A stretch of DNA of 64,000 nucleotides from the IMG/VR virus record IMGVR_UViG_2627853687_000001, positions 28,861-92,860 of that record. The stretch is one strand, 5' to 3'. Position 1 is the first letter of the stretch, and each line of letters opens with the position of its first letter. The notes below the pieces were generated by a model. The model was not told where the DNA came from. It saw only the letters and a list, made by a program, of their open reading frames with translations, and did not search any database. Below are positions 45,724-55,218 of the stretch, piece after piece. This stretch comes from a virus (lineage: Duplodnaviria; Caudoviricetes). The translations under genes were made by a program, and so were the position numbers.

Positions 45724-48700
45724 TTAGTCCTGCAGTAGTTCGTTGAGCGCCGCATCGTTGATGCTCAGCGTTGATGAGGTGCGGGGTGCCGGTTGCGCTG
45801 TGTTAACCACTTTGTCCGGTGCCGTATCGCTCTTTTTCTTCGTAACGCCCAGCAGTGCCTCCAACTGGGTACGCATACCTTTCAGCTCTTTAAGCATGTC
45901 CTGATCGTGATTGCTGGTGTCGCCGCTCATCATCGGGCGCATGCCGCTGCGAGGAAGATCCGTTACGTTCTGGATCTGTGCCGGGTGATTAAGAAGAGGC
46001 TGCTGTGCTGGCCGTGTCTGCGCCGCACTGCCGCCACTCAGGTATGACTTACCGGCGCTGGCCAGCGACTCAGTGCCACTGTCGAGCCAGCCGCCAGCCT
46101 TACTTGTCAGTGGAGATATGGCGCGGAGCACGCCCGGATCGGTAATGCCTGCCTGGTCCAGTACGCTGCTTACCATGTCGTTGCCGCTGAAGCCTCCCAG
46201 CGTCTGACTGAGCGTGTCACCGACTGCGGGCATGATTGAAGCACTGACCGCTTTAGCGCCGTCCATAGCCCCGCCCAGCATGCGATCAAACAGCCCGTTG
46301 CCTTCTGCTGGTGCGGCTGGTGCCTGTGTGCTGGCCACAGTGATAGGCGTGTCAGACGTGGCTGATCCGGGACGTGCGCGCACGTTGCCGGTTGAGACAT
46401 GAGATACAGCGGCGGGACGGGAACGGCTGGCTATCTGGTCAGGTGCCAGCGCGGCCAGCTGTAGGCCTGCCGGAAGTGATTGGCCGCCAGGAAGGGACAA
46501 GCCGCTGGTGGGACGCTTGCGCGACATACCGGCCACGCCCATTGATTCAGTCGCGCCCTTCACTTTCCCGTCAGCCCACTCGTTAAGCGCTTTAACCTGC
46601 CCCCAAGCGCCTGCTCCAGCGTGTTTGATTTTGTCAGCCGCGCTGCTGGCCGGCTTATCCTTACCGGCCTCTTTTGCTGCAGCAACCTGCGAGACCGTAG
46701 GCGCTGCCTGGGCCGCTGCTGGCACTGGTGCGGGGGCTGCTGCTGGTGCCGTAACAGGTACGGGAACAGCTGCCGGTGCGGCGGCAGGTGCCACTGCGCC
46801 AGCCGTCAGCTTCACCTTATCGCCAGCTGAATAGAGCGAATCCGCCGCTATGGGCGCCTGCCCCTGCTTCGCACGCGCTTCATTTACCGACTTAAGGGAT
46901 TCATCACTGAATTTCCCGCCGACCCACTTACCATTTTCATTGTGGCCAATGGCGTTTGTCATGAAATCGTTAGTGACCTGCGGATTGCCGCCCTCAATGG
47001 TGGCAATACCTCGCATCATCTGCGTCATGACTTTGGGATCTTTAAGATTCAGCTGTTCATCACCACGCACGCCCAGCTTTTTCGAGAGTGAATCCACATA
47101 TTGTGACGTGTCGTTTTCACTTTCAGGCGCATACAGCTTGATAATGTCCTGTACGGTATTCAGCTTCTTGTAACCTGCTGCTTTAGACGTTCCTTCTGAG
47201 TAGCTTGTCAGCTGGTTAGCCAGCGCCCTGAATCCTTCCTCTGGCGTATTGAACCTGGCAAACCGGGCCTCACCTTTACCGTTTTTGGCCTCCAGGCTTG
47301 CGCCCTCCTGTCCCACATAGTTCAGGTTGCCAAAGTTGTTGTTACGGAAGGATCGGACCTTCGCATTAGCACCACCAATATTGAGATCAGCGCCAATGCT
47401 GTTCTGCGCAACGTCGGCATAGTCAGCGGAGCTTTTACCCTGCGTACCAACGCCGTCCTCGCCCCACTCGCCACCCTGCAACTGTGTACCGAGGCGGTTT
47501 ATAGCCGTGACGGTTTTAGTGGTGCCATCGGTGATCGCTTTCGTCTGCTCCGCGCTGGTGCCAGTCAGCTTGTCATATACGCCTGACGCGCTGGTTGAGA
47601 AGGCGCTGAACATGTCGCCCGCTTTACTCAGCCCGGAATCCAGCCCTTTCGCAATGTCGCCGGTATCAAACATCAGTGATTTTGCTACCCCGTCCATACC
47701 CAGTGCAGACGCACCTGACGCCAGCAGGCCGGACGCACCAGAGACCAGTCCACCCATGTTCAGCACGTTTGCTGCTGTGTACTCACTTTTCTGTCTGCCA
47801 CTGACCGAATCGCCTTCTTTAAGGCCAAAGGCTTTCTGCTGCCCCTCCGTGTCGTTGTACCCCTCGTATGCGTCCATGCCAGCGCCGATTACGGTCCCGA
47901 CCAGCGGAATCGCTTTAAGGGCAGTTTTACCGGCAACTTTACCGGCCACCTTTAGTCCGCCTTTTTCTGCGGTCTTATCTGCTTCTGCTTCAGTAGTTTC
48001 CTCAGCTACTTTGAGACCCGTTTTGCCTGCGGTATTCTCTGCGACTTTTAAACCGCCCTTTTCAGTAGTTTTTTCCGCTGCGGCCTGCGTGGCTTTCTCA
48101 CCCGCCTTTGCCGATTCACCGCCCGCCAGGCCACCAGCTGCAAGTGTTGCAGCAGCTGCAGTTGTCGTGGCTGCTACGCCGCCAATCGTTGCCGCTTTTT
48201 TGCCACCCTTGAGCACACTCAGCGCTTTCGACAGCAGGCTTTTCTTTTTCGGCTTAGGTTTGGGTTTAGAGGCATCGGGCTTGCCTTTACCGTCCGGCAG
48301 CAGATCACCAGCTGCGTCAGCAACATCAGCTGCAGCTGACAGCGCACCGCGTTTACGGCCGCGGCGTTTACGCCTGCCGGGGATCAGCGAATCCAGCAGC
48401 CCCGCGCCATCCTTGCGCGACGCATGGGACAGCTTTTTGACTTCCTCGCGCACATCGTCCAGGGCATCCACAATGCGATCGTCATTGGCGGCGATAACTT
48501 TGGTCTGTTCCTGCGTTACCTGAATAGCCTTAGCCTGTTGAGCGTTTTTAAAGCCGTCAGCTGATTTTGGCTTACCGATAACTGGTGGCGTTCTGGCCTC
48601 GGTTGTTACAGGTGGATGCGTTAACGGCGGCTCCATTTTCAGCGCGGCGTTACCTTCGGTTTTGCCCTGCATGAAGTTTTTCAGCGTCACGACATTCTTT

Positions 48701-49500
48701 CCAACTTCGGCAGAAATGTCGTACATGCCTTTACCCATCATCCATAGCGGACCACCAGCAGCCGTGCCAGCAATGTCTGCGCCTGAAGACATTCCATCGC
48801 TGTTTGATTCGGTGGCAGATTCCAGCATGCTACTCAGCGATCGGAAAAATCCCTGCTGCTGCTTTTGCTCAGCGCGGCGCGCATTTTTATCCTGCGTTAC
48901 AGCAGACGCAGCGGCAGAATCTGTGCGTGATTTAAAGCGGCCACCGGCATCACGCCCAGGCGTATTACCAACTGTTGCCGTGGTGTCAGAGTCTCTATCA
49001 GAACCAGTTTTTAACTGACGTTGAGAGTGTTTATTTCTGACGTTTGTAACGCCACCCGATACGCCTAAGATTTCTTTTTTATTACCTTTAGAAGGTAATT
49101 TATCTTCTTTTTCTAATCCTTTAGACTGCCTCCAGCGCTTCAAAGAGACTGCATTGCTAACTTCATTACTTTCAGAATGTTTTTTTTCATCTTTCGCGTG
49201 CTTTTTTGTGACGCTTAAACGGTTATTTTTTTCTGACGGTAATTTTTCTTCATTTTTTTCATTATTAGTTTCTTTTGATACGTCTTTTTTTGAGGTTTTA
49301 GTTTCTTTACCAGCTGAATAACCCCTTCCTGTAAGCGATCTTGTTACACGAATTCCTGAATGATCCCCACGCTCATTTTCAGGGTGAGAAGGGCGTAACT
49401 TTGCAATTTCCTGCCGGATTAAAGCCATTTCTTTAAGCTGGTCGCGGCTGGCATGCTCGATAACACCAATAATCTTGTCTAATTCTTTAAAATTATTCAT
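45724..49500 (-). CDS. sit: Sit tape measure protein with lysozyme-like domain
   Basis: Ala/Gly-rich >1200 aa, KAIPLVGTVIG, RNNNFGNL...YAP.SENDT..Y domain; ATG at 49500. Confidence 0.88.
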   Translation of the reverse strand: MNNFKELDKIIGVIEHASRDQLKEMALIRQEIAKLRPSHPENERGDHSGIRVTRSLTGRGYSAGKETKTSKKDVSKETNNEKNEEKLPSEKNNRLSVTKKHAKDEKKHSESNEVSNAVSLKRWRQSKGLEKEDKLPSKGNKKEILGVSGGVTNVRNKHSQRQLKTGSDRDSDTTATVGNTPGRDAGGRFKSRTDSAAASAVTQDKNARRAEQKQQQGFFRSLSSMLESATESNSDGMSSGADIAGTAAGGPLWMMGKGMYDISAEVGKNVVTLKNFMQGKTEGNAALKMEPPLTHPPVTTEARTPPVIGKPKSADGFKNAQQAKAIQVTQEQTKVIAANDDRIVDALDDVREEVKKLSHASRKDGAGLLDSLIPGRRKRRGRKRGALSAAADVADAAGDLLPDGKGKPDASKPKPKPKKKSLLSKALSVLKGGKKAATIGGVAATTTAAAATLAAGGLAGGESAKAGEKATQAAAEKTTEKGGLKVAENTAGKTGLKVAEETTEAEADKTAEKGGLKVAGKVAGKTALKAIPLVGTVIGAGMDAYEGYNDTEGQQKAFGLKEGDSVSGRQKSEYTAANVLNMGGLVSGASGLLASGASALGMDGVAKSLMFDTGDIAKGLDSGLSKAGDMFSAFSTSASGVYDKLTGTSAEQTKAITDGTTKTVTAINRLGTQLQGGEWGEDGVGTQGKSSADYADVAQNSIGADLNIGGANAKVRSFRNNNFGNLNYVGQEGASLEAKNGKGEARFARFNTPEEGFRALANQLTSYSEGTSKAAGYKKLNTVQDIIKLYAPESENDTSQYVDSLSKKLGVRGDEQLNLKDPKVMTQMMRGIATIEGGNPQVTNDFMTNAIGHNENGKWVGGKFSDESLKSVNEARAKQGQAPIAADSLYSAGDKVKLTAGAVAPAAAPAAVPVPVTAPAAAPAPVPAAAQAAPTVSQVAAAKEAGKDKPASSAADKIKHAGAGAWGQVKALNEWADGKVKGATESMGVAGMSRKRPTSGLSLPGGQSLPAGLQLAALAPDQIASRSRPAAVSHVSTGNVRARPGSATSDTPITVASTQAPAAPAEGNGLFDRMLGGAMDGAKAVSASIMPAVGDTLSQTLGGFSGNDMVSSVLDQAGITDPGVLRAISPLTSKAGGWLDSGTESLASAGKSYLSGGSAAQTRPAQQPLLNHPAQIQNVTDLPRSGMRPMMSGDTSNHDQDMLKELKGMRTQLEALLGVTKKKSDTAPDKVVNTAQPAPRTSSTLSINDAALNELLQD

Positions 49501-49690
49501 TGAGATCTGCTTCTGCTCTGTTTCAGTTGTTCTGTGAGCGTGTTGTTCATCTGAATAGCGCGCCAAAGCGGTAGTGCATCAACGTCACCAACGGGCTGAC
49601 GTGCAGTCAGCGTCAGGTTGTCAATGATGGTTAACCATCCACTGAGGTGAAAATCGTGGAACAAAAAATCCAGAGCGAAATGGGATATAC
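49497..49690 (-). CDS. probable frameshift extension (T part) of the tail assembly chaperone
   Basis: Frame +1 to pmgB with no start of its own; SGWLTIIDNL...DVDALPLWRAIQM; stop overlaps the sit ATG. Confidence 0.6.
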
Positions 49691-50439
49691 AGTTGAGTCG
49701 TGTTCTTCTGCATGCCCTCCTTTCCACAGGCACACGGCGGGAGCAGAAGCTGGACTTCGCCCTGTGTGATTTGCATCAGCAGGCCGTGGCGCAGGTTGCG
49801 CTGCATCAGCTGAATGTGTGCCACCAGCGGCGCGAACTCGAGATCGGGAACCATGCCTTCCAGAATGTCGAAGCGGCGATTTGCGGCCTCTTCGTAGTCT
49901 TGCGGATCGTCATCGAGCGCAGTACAAAGCGCGAACTCCGCAATGCGCATGCGCATAATGGCGGCTTCATAATCCGGCGCGTCAGCATCAGGCAGACCGG
50001 CGCGCATACGCTCCAGCATTTCCTGCCCGCGCCCGGTCAGCGGCTTGAGCGTCCACTCAGTTGGTACGCCATTTACAGGGACATTCACGCGCTCATAGGG
50101 TGCTATGGTCAGCAGCTCTACGGTCTCCGCCAGTTCGCTCAGATCGAAGTCATAGGTGTGCAGTTCCTTGCAGTGCTCGCAGCTGTAGTGAAACGCCTCC
50201 ATGTTGTCAGCACGGCTGTTAATCATGATCCACCACAGCGCTGTGCGGCGTTCCTGTGCGGTCCAGTCGCGGCTGTCATTAATCGGACCTTCCTGTAATG
50301 CATTCAGGTATTCCGTAACGCGCCGCTCGTCACCTAACACATCGGGAGAGCAGTATTTCAGGGCATCTTTGATCACCGGCTGTCGGAAGATAATTTCAGT
50401 AGCAGGGCGCGACGCCAGCGGCAGTGGAGGAATGATCAC
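49621..50439 (-). CDS. pmgB: tail assembly chaperone PmgB
   Basis: PL.SRP...FRQP, WTAQ.R.TALWWI, CEHC; directly upstream of the tape measure gene. Confidence 0.75.
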   Translation of the reverse strand: MIIPPLPLASRPATEIIFRQPVIKDALKYCSPDVLGDERRVTEYLNALQEGPINDSRDWTAQERRTALWWIMINSRADNMEAFHYSCEHCKELHTYDFDLSELAETVELLTIAPYERVNVPVNGVPTEWTLKPLTGRGQEMLERMRAGLPDADAPDYEAAIMRMRIAEFALCTALDDDPQDYEEAANRRFDILEGMVPDLEFAPLVAHIQLMQRNLRHGLLMQITQGEVQLLLPPCACGKEGMQKNTTQLYIPFRSGFFVPRFSPQWMVNHH

Positions 50440-50450
50440 TGTGTTGTCCT

Positions 50451-51173
50451 TCAGAATTTAATGAGGTTTGATGCAGACGATTGAACCTGGTTTGTAATTC
50501 CCCCGGTTACTCCTTTCAGCAATCCGTTTGCGAGGCTTCCGGCGCTGGTGTACTTCACGAATGTCACTGGAATAGTGGCAAACTCGCCCACGGCATCACG
50601 GGCGCGGGAGATCTCGCCGATCGTGGTGATAAAGCCTTTCATTTCCTCTTCAAGCGAGGTGCGGCCATCCTGTGAGACGCGGTAGATCCGGACGTTAAGC
50701 AGATACGCTGGTGGGAGGTTAAACGTGCCATCTCCGTTGGAGATACGTGCACGGCGCTCCTTAAACTTCTGGAGGATTTCGCCATCCTCATTGTCACGGA
50801 CAGTCATCGAGACAGAGCCCGCCGTAACATGCGTGGGCTTCACAAACTCAGTACCGCCAATCAGCTTGCTTTCGGTCTCAACGTTGCCTGTGCTGTAGGT
50901 GATATCTTTCACGTACATATCCACGCGGAAGAAACCGTCTATCTCAATGTTCCACTGCCAGCCCTGCGCGTAACGGATGCGCATAGCCATTTCCAGTATT
51001 GTTTTAGCGTTGGCCAGCTCAGGCGGCAGACCGGCATACGATGCACCGCTACCGCCGCTCATGGTGGCAGATGCACGGGAGAGGATGTTGGAGATCAGGT
51101 TACTACCGGCCTGCTTGGCCGTACTGGAGGCAAAACCTTTAATGTTCCCGGCCAGACCGTTAAAAAAGCTCAT
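50451..51173 (-). CDS. tub: Tub tail tube initiator
   Basis: GWQWNIEIDG, KDITY, KPT..TAGSVSMTVRD; synteny. Confidence 0.75.
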   Translation of the reverse strand: MSFFNGLAGNIKGFASSTAKQAGSNLISNILSRASATMSGGSGASYAGLPPELANAKTILEMAMRIRYAQGWQWNIEIDGFFRVDMYVKDITYSTGNVETESKLIGGTEFVKPTHVTAGSVSMTVRDNEDGEILQKFKERRARISNGDGTFNLPPAYLLNVRIYRVSQDGRTSLEEEMKGFITTIGEISRARDAVGEFATIPVTFVKYTSAGSLANGLLKGVTGGITNQVQSSASNLIKF

Positions 51174-51182
51174 AGCGCCCCC

Positions 51183-51734
51183 TTACCAGGTGCTCATTGC
51201 GGGGATGATTGCGCGAGTAGCGGCGATCTGCATTTCCAGATCGGCTTTACGCTGGTGAAGCGTGGCCTCGTCTGGCAGAAACGATGCGTCAAACTTACCG
51301 GCGATATGCAGGCGGCGCAGGCGCTCAACATTCGGAATAGCGATTAGCATTTCCAGGTAGTCTTCGATCAGCCCGGTAATGTCTGGCGGTAGCTGTGTCT
51401 CTTTGTAATCGCAGTCACGAATATTGCGGAAGTAGAGCAGGGTAAACGGCCATTTCTCGCGGCCAGTCAGCTCAAGCTCAATGGTTGATTCATAGGGATC
51501 GGCATATACCAGCGCACCATTGAAATCGTTCACGTTTACCAGTGACAGGTAATCAGACGGAAAAGGGAGGCTTGCGCCCCCCGATTTCTCAATGCGTTTA
51601 CGGCCTGGTACACCGGCCCGATCCTGATAGACGCCGAGTGCCTGGCGGAGAAGGCTGGTTAACAGCGCCTCTTCATCCACCAGCAGCGTCGTGAAGCGCG
51701 CTTTTACGGCCTCAAGCAGTTCGACCGGCGTCAT
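51183..51734 (-). CDS. pmgC: PmgC head-tail adaptor
   Basis: MTP.ELLE.VK.RFT.L, LLRQALGVYQDRAG; synteny. Confidence 0.75.
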   Translation of the reverse strand: MTPVELLEAVKARFTTLLVDEEALLTSLLRQALGVYQDRAGVPGRKRIEKSGGASLPFPSDYLSLVNVNDFNGALVYADPYESTIELELTGREKWPFTLLYFRNIRDCDYKETQLPPDITGLIEDYLEMLIAIPNVERLRRLHIAGKFDASFLPDEATLHQRKADLEMQIAATRAIIPAMSTW

Positions 51735-51736
51735 GG

Positions 51737-52228
51737 TTATTCAGCCCAGTTGTAGACAACGCGCAGCGGCAGCTTAACGGCAGCAGTGGTGTCTTCAGAG
51801 CCAAAGTCCACAGAATCCGAGTACACCTTGCAGTGCAGGTAGCTGCGTGTCAGGCCAGCGCTGTCACCGCCGTTAGACTCTGCTGCTGCAGCAAAGGTGA
51901 TATCAACGTATTCCTTGTTAAGGACCATCTGGCGGACCGCTGCAAATACGTCGCCTTTGATGGTCTCAACACAGGTCATCTGGAACTCACCAGAGTTTTT
52001 AAGGGTGCCATGCTGGTTAAACTTCATGCCACCTGGTGCCACGTCTTCCACATCCTCACGGGCCATTTCCGGCAACTGTGTGGTACGGACCAGAATCGAC
52101 AGGTTTGGGTAGCCTTTAACAGTCACCCAGTACTCAGAGCCGATAAGTTTTTCACCCGCTGCAAGGTTCTGGTTAAAGCGTTTTTTCAGAAAAGCCGTGT
52201 CGGCTTTCGTATTGGAAAATCCGGACAT
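51737..52228 (-). CDS. bplB: tail tube protein BplB
   Basis: LVRT.QLPEM.REDVED..P.G.KFNQHG...NSGE, VYNW. Confidence 0.88.
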   Translation of the reverse strand: MSGFSNTKADTAFLKKRFNQNLAAGEKLIGSEYWVTVKGYPNLSILVRTTQLPEMAREDVEDVAPGGMKFNQHGTLKNSGEFQMTCVETIKGDVFAAVRQMVLNKEYVDITFAAAAESNGGDSAGLTRSYLHCKVYSDSVDFGSEDTTAAVKLPLRVVYNWAE

Positions 52229-52238
52229 AATGTGTTCC

Positions 52239-52829
52239 TCAGATAAACATATATGGAATATCAGACTGGTTCTGGACGCTCAGGCCGGAGCACTGGAGCG
52301 TGACGGTGTTGTGGGTGTAATGCCCGTCAGCTGTGCGTGGCGCGTCCAGCTGATAGCCGACGCTACGGATCACCACATCCATCAGCTTCAGGCGACGACC
52401 AACGTCCATGATCACGGGGAGAGGACGGCGGCCACCCGGCATGGCGGCATTCAGTTCAGGCGAGGCCATCTGCTGCAACGTCATGATTGCGTCCATGACT
52501 TCCACCTTTGCGTTCGTGGTAGCCATCAGGTCTACAACGATGCTGAACTCAGGCGGCTGCTGACCTTCCCAGATAAGCAGGGAGTTAAATTCCGACTTCG
52601 ACGTATTGCCGCTTGCGGCCTGCACGCCACCCGCCAGCTTGCCGCCAGCAGCACTCACTGCACCGGCGACGCCGCCCAGCGAGTCATTGGCAAACGGAGA
52701 TTCCCACATGGATTCAATGCTGGCGGTTGAGCCTTCCCCGATGTAGCCCACAACCATCGCCGTTTCTGACGTGATATAGATTTTCAGGAAGGGGCTGACC
52801 CCATCTGGCATGATTGCACCGCAGATCAT
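52239..52829 (-). CDS. pmgG: PmgG tail/baseplate tube-like protein
   Basis: DGVSPFLK, WESPF, QMASPEL, GGR.P; lies between gp21 and bplB. Confidence 0.8.
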   Translation of the reverse strand: MICGAIMPDGVSPFLKIYITSETAMVVGYIGEGSTASIESMWESPFANDSLGGVAGAVSAAGGKLAGGVQAASGNTSKSEFNSLLIWEGQQPPEFSIVVDLMATTNAKVEVMDAIMTLQQMASPELNAAMPGGRRPLPVIMDVGRRLKLMDVVIRSVGYQLDAPRTADGHYTHNTVTLQCSGLSVQNQSDIPYMFI

Positions 52830-52872
52830 CGCGCTATCCTCATTGCAGCCGGGATCACCCGGCTGCTATCCC

Positions 52873-53583
52873 CTACAGGCCGCGTTTTTTGCGCAGTTTC
52901 AGTGATTTTTTACGGTGCGCATTCGCCATCGAGCTGTGCGCCTTAGTACGGGCCTTTTTCAGCGCCTGCTTCTGGAGCGAGGTCATGCGGCGCTTCTTCG
53001 GACGCTTGCGAATCAGTGTTAACACGCCATCGCGCACGGCTTTGAAGGTGGACGACTCAAGCATGGCTTCGCCGCCTTCACCGCCAGCCACGGTGTAATC
53101 TGCGATCGCTTCATCGTCTTCAGTCAGGCCGGAAAGCGCCTCGTAAACGCTCTCAGCGGCGCTGTCATCGTCGTCATCGATCATGCTGGTGACGTCATCC
53201 TGATCTGCACCCATCGCAACAGCGGCATTTGCCAGCTCGCCGAGCGCGGCGTTAAAGGCATCAACCTGCGCGTCATCCAGATCGTCGTCTTCAGACAGCG
53301 AATCCAGTCCGGCCAGCACCAGTGCCAGCGCTTCAAAGCTGTCAGCATCGGCTTCGCCGTCCTCAACCCAGCCCGCCAGCAGAGAGGCCGCAACCGAGCG
53401 GGCGTCTTCGCCAGCTCGACGCTGTACGGCTTCAAACATCGCCATAGTGCGATCCAGTGCGCCGTTGCCTAAGCCCGCGCTTTCCAGCATGGAATCTTTT
53501 ACGGCTGGCTCTTCAGCTGCAGCAGGTTTTTCGAATGCAGCGCCCAGCAGGCCATGCGTTCTGTGATTAAAAATGTTGTTCAT
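52873..53583 (-). CDS. gp21 homolog (acidic core, basic tail; probable head scaffold/core)
   Basis: Start MNNIFN; Asp-rich middle, Lys/Arg-rich C-terminus, three MxE[S/A] motifs. Confidence 0.75.
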   Translation of the reverse strand: MNNIFNHRTHGLLGAAFEKPAAAEEPAVKDSMLESAGLGNGALDRTMAMFEAVQRRAGEDARSVAASLLAGWVEDGEADADSFEALALVLAGLDSLSEDDDLDDAQVDAFNAALGELANAAVAMGADQDDVTSMIDDDDDSAAESVYEALSGLTEDDEAIADYTVAGGEGGEAMLESSTFKAVRDGVLTLIRKRPKKRRMTSLQKQALKKARTKAHSSMANAHRKKSLKLRKKRGL

Positions 53584-53594
53584 AATTTCCTCTG

Positions 53595-55172
53595 TTAACG
53601 GAACAGCGTTGGCTTGCCGACGATGCGGCGGGAAGAGCCGGTAGGGCAGACAGACCAGGAGGCTTCCCACAAGTCGATATCTTTCTGCACGACGGAGACA
53701 ACAAATGGCTCAGTGCCTTGCGTGACGTCACGCGGCTTAACCAGGGCTTCAGCGGCAACGAAACGCTCCAGCAGGTCTTTTAAGCCCTCAGTCAGGCCTC
53801 TGAAGGTGATACCGTCCGGTTCATGCTTCAGCGCTTCTGCCACGTCATAAAAACCGCGTGCGATCGCGTTCATCAGTGAACTGATGTGCTGCAGGCGCAG
53901 GTAGTTGTTTTTAGCGAACGTGGTCAGGGAGTCGTCGATATACATGTTCCCGGCTTTGTCGAGGCTGACCGGGTTGATGCGCGCAGTCACAAAGGCTTCG
54001 CGGTCGATCTCGTCCAGATTCGGGATAGGCTTGATGTTCTGACGGTTGATGATTGCGCGGGATACGCCAGCCGGTGAGTAATGCCAACCGCCGACGTCGG
54101 AGACCAGCGCCACGCCTTTCGCTTTCGCCACAAACGCGTCACAGGAAATACCCCAGTTAACGTTAGTGCCGGTGAATGCGTCGCGTGCGGTATACGGCCA
54201 GTAGTAGCGTGCTGGCTGGTGTGAACCGCCGAGGCCGTGGCCCAGCGCTTCTGCCATCGCCGCTGCTGACAGCTGCGCACCATGTACGTCGTAGAACATG
54301 TCGGTTCGGGTGTCTTCCGCCAGCTTGACCAGCGCCGCGATCACGGTCGGGTCATAGCAGCCCAGCGACAGTACAGCCGTCCAGGAGAACATGGATTTAC
54401 GCAGAACTGTCAGGGCTTTGGTGTAGTCAGCCGTGGCAATAGCAGTCAGGTCGCCATCAACGCCGCCACTGAATTGCATGTTGTCAAAGCCTTCAGTGAT
54501 AGGCTGCATCAGCGTTTCAACGTCGTCCGACACGATAGCGCGCAGACGGGTTGAGCCATTTTCCAGCGCGGTCGGCAGGAAGGCAGGCGAACCCATGTCG
54601 CTGGTGGCGTTGGTGTTGAATGAAATCTGGTGAGATTCCAGCACTGATTCACCGCCAGCCGCGTCAACTTCCTTCAGCGTCAGGATGTAGAAGCCCGGTG
54701 CCGTCGTGTCAGTTTCCATGCTCAGAGTGCGGTTTGCTGAGGCGTCGCCATCATCAATGTAAATCATCGCTGCAGCGCCAGCCGCAAGAACCGGATCGGA
54801 AGACGGTGCAAAGTTGCTGGCCACCACGCTCAGCTCTCGCATGGTAGTGTCAGCCATCAGGGACAGGGCAGGGATCTTCATACCCGGTGCCGCCACGCGG
54901 ACCACATAACCATCACCGCCGTTAACGGCAGTCGCTACGTGACGCAGTGGCTCAAACGCCGCACCGCTGCGTGGGTGAATGGCTTCGCCCAGCACTGATT
55001 GATAGTTATCAGCAGTGACGCGCAGCACAGTGCCGATTTTGCCGCGACGGGCAATGACCAGACCGGCAAAGACGGACGCACCGCCAGATGCAACGGAAGT
55101 CGTCGCATCAGCGTTGACTTCCTGCACCGCAATGCCGGACGCCTGGCCCACAGAAAAACGAATCTTATTCAT
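53595..55172 (-). CDS. tail sheath protein gp22
   Basis: HYSPAG..RAII, RINPV, IDDSLT, YLR..H.SSLMN, PTGSSRRI. Confidence 0.92.
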   Translation of the reverse strand: MNKIRFSVGQASGIAVQEVNADATTSVASGGASVFAGLVIARRGKIGTVLRVTADNYQSVLGEAIHPRSGAAFEPLRHVATAVNGGDGYVVRVAAPGMKIPALSLMADTTMRELSVVASNFAPSSDPVLAAGAAAMIYIDDGDASANRTLSMETDTTAPGFYILTLKEVDAAGGESVLESHQISFNTNATSDMGSPAFLPTALENGSTRLRAIVSDDVETLMQPITEGFDNMQFSGGVDGDLTAIATADYTKALTVLRKSMFSWTAVLSLGCYDPTVIAALVKLAEDTRTDMFYDVHGAQLSAAAMAEALGHGLGGSHQPARYYWPYTARDAFTGTNVNWGISCDAFVAKAKGVALVSDVGGWHYSPAGVSRAIINRQNIKPIPNLDEIDREAFVTARINPVSLDKAGNMYIDDSLTTFAKNNYLRLQHISSLMNAIARGFYDVAEALKHEPDGITFRGLTEGLKDLLERFVAAEALVKPRDVTQGTEPFVVSVVQKDIDLWEASWSVCPTGSSRRIVGKPTLFR

Positions 55173-55191
55173 GTGAAATGTCCATGAAATG

Positions 55192-55217
55192 CCCCCTTAA
55201 CGGAGGCGTTAAGGGGG
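55192..55217. terminator. hairpin after major capsid gene
   Basis: cccccttaacg-gagg-cgttaaggggg. Confidence 0.55.
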
Positions 55218-55218
55218 A

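Noticed and set aside
49501-49566. ORF-track TTG start for sit at 49566
   Set aside because: ATG at 49500 overlaps the stop of the chaperone extension and is the more plausible start.
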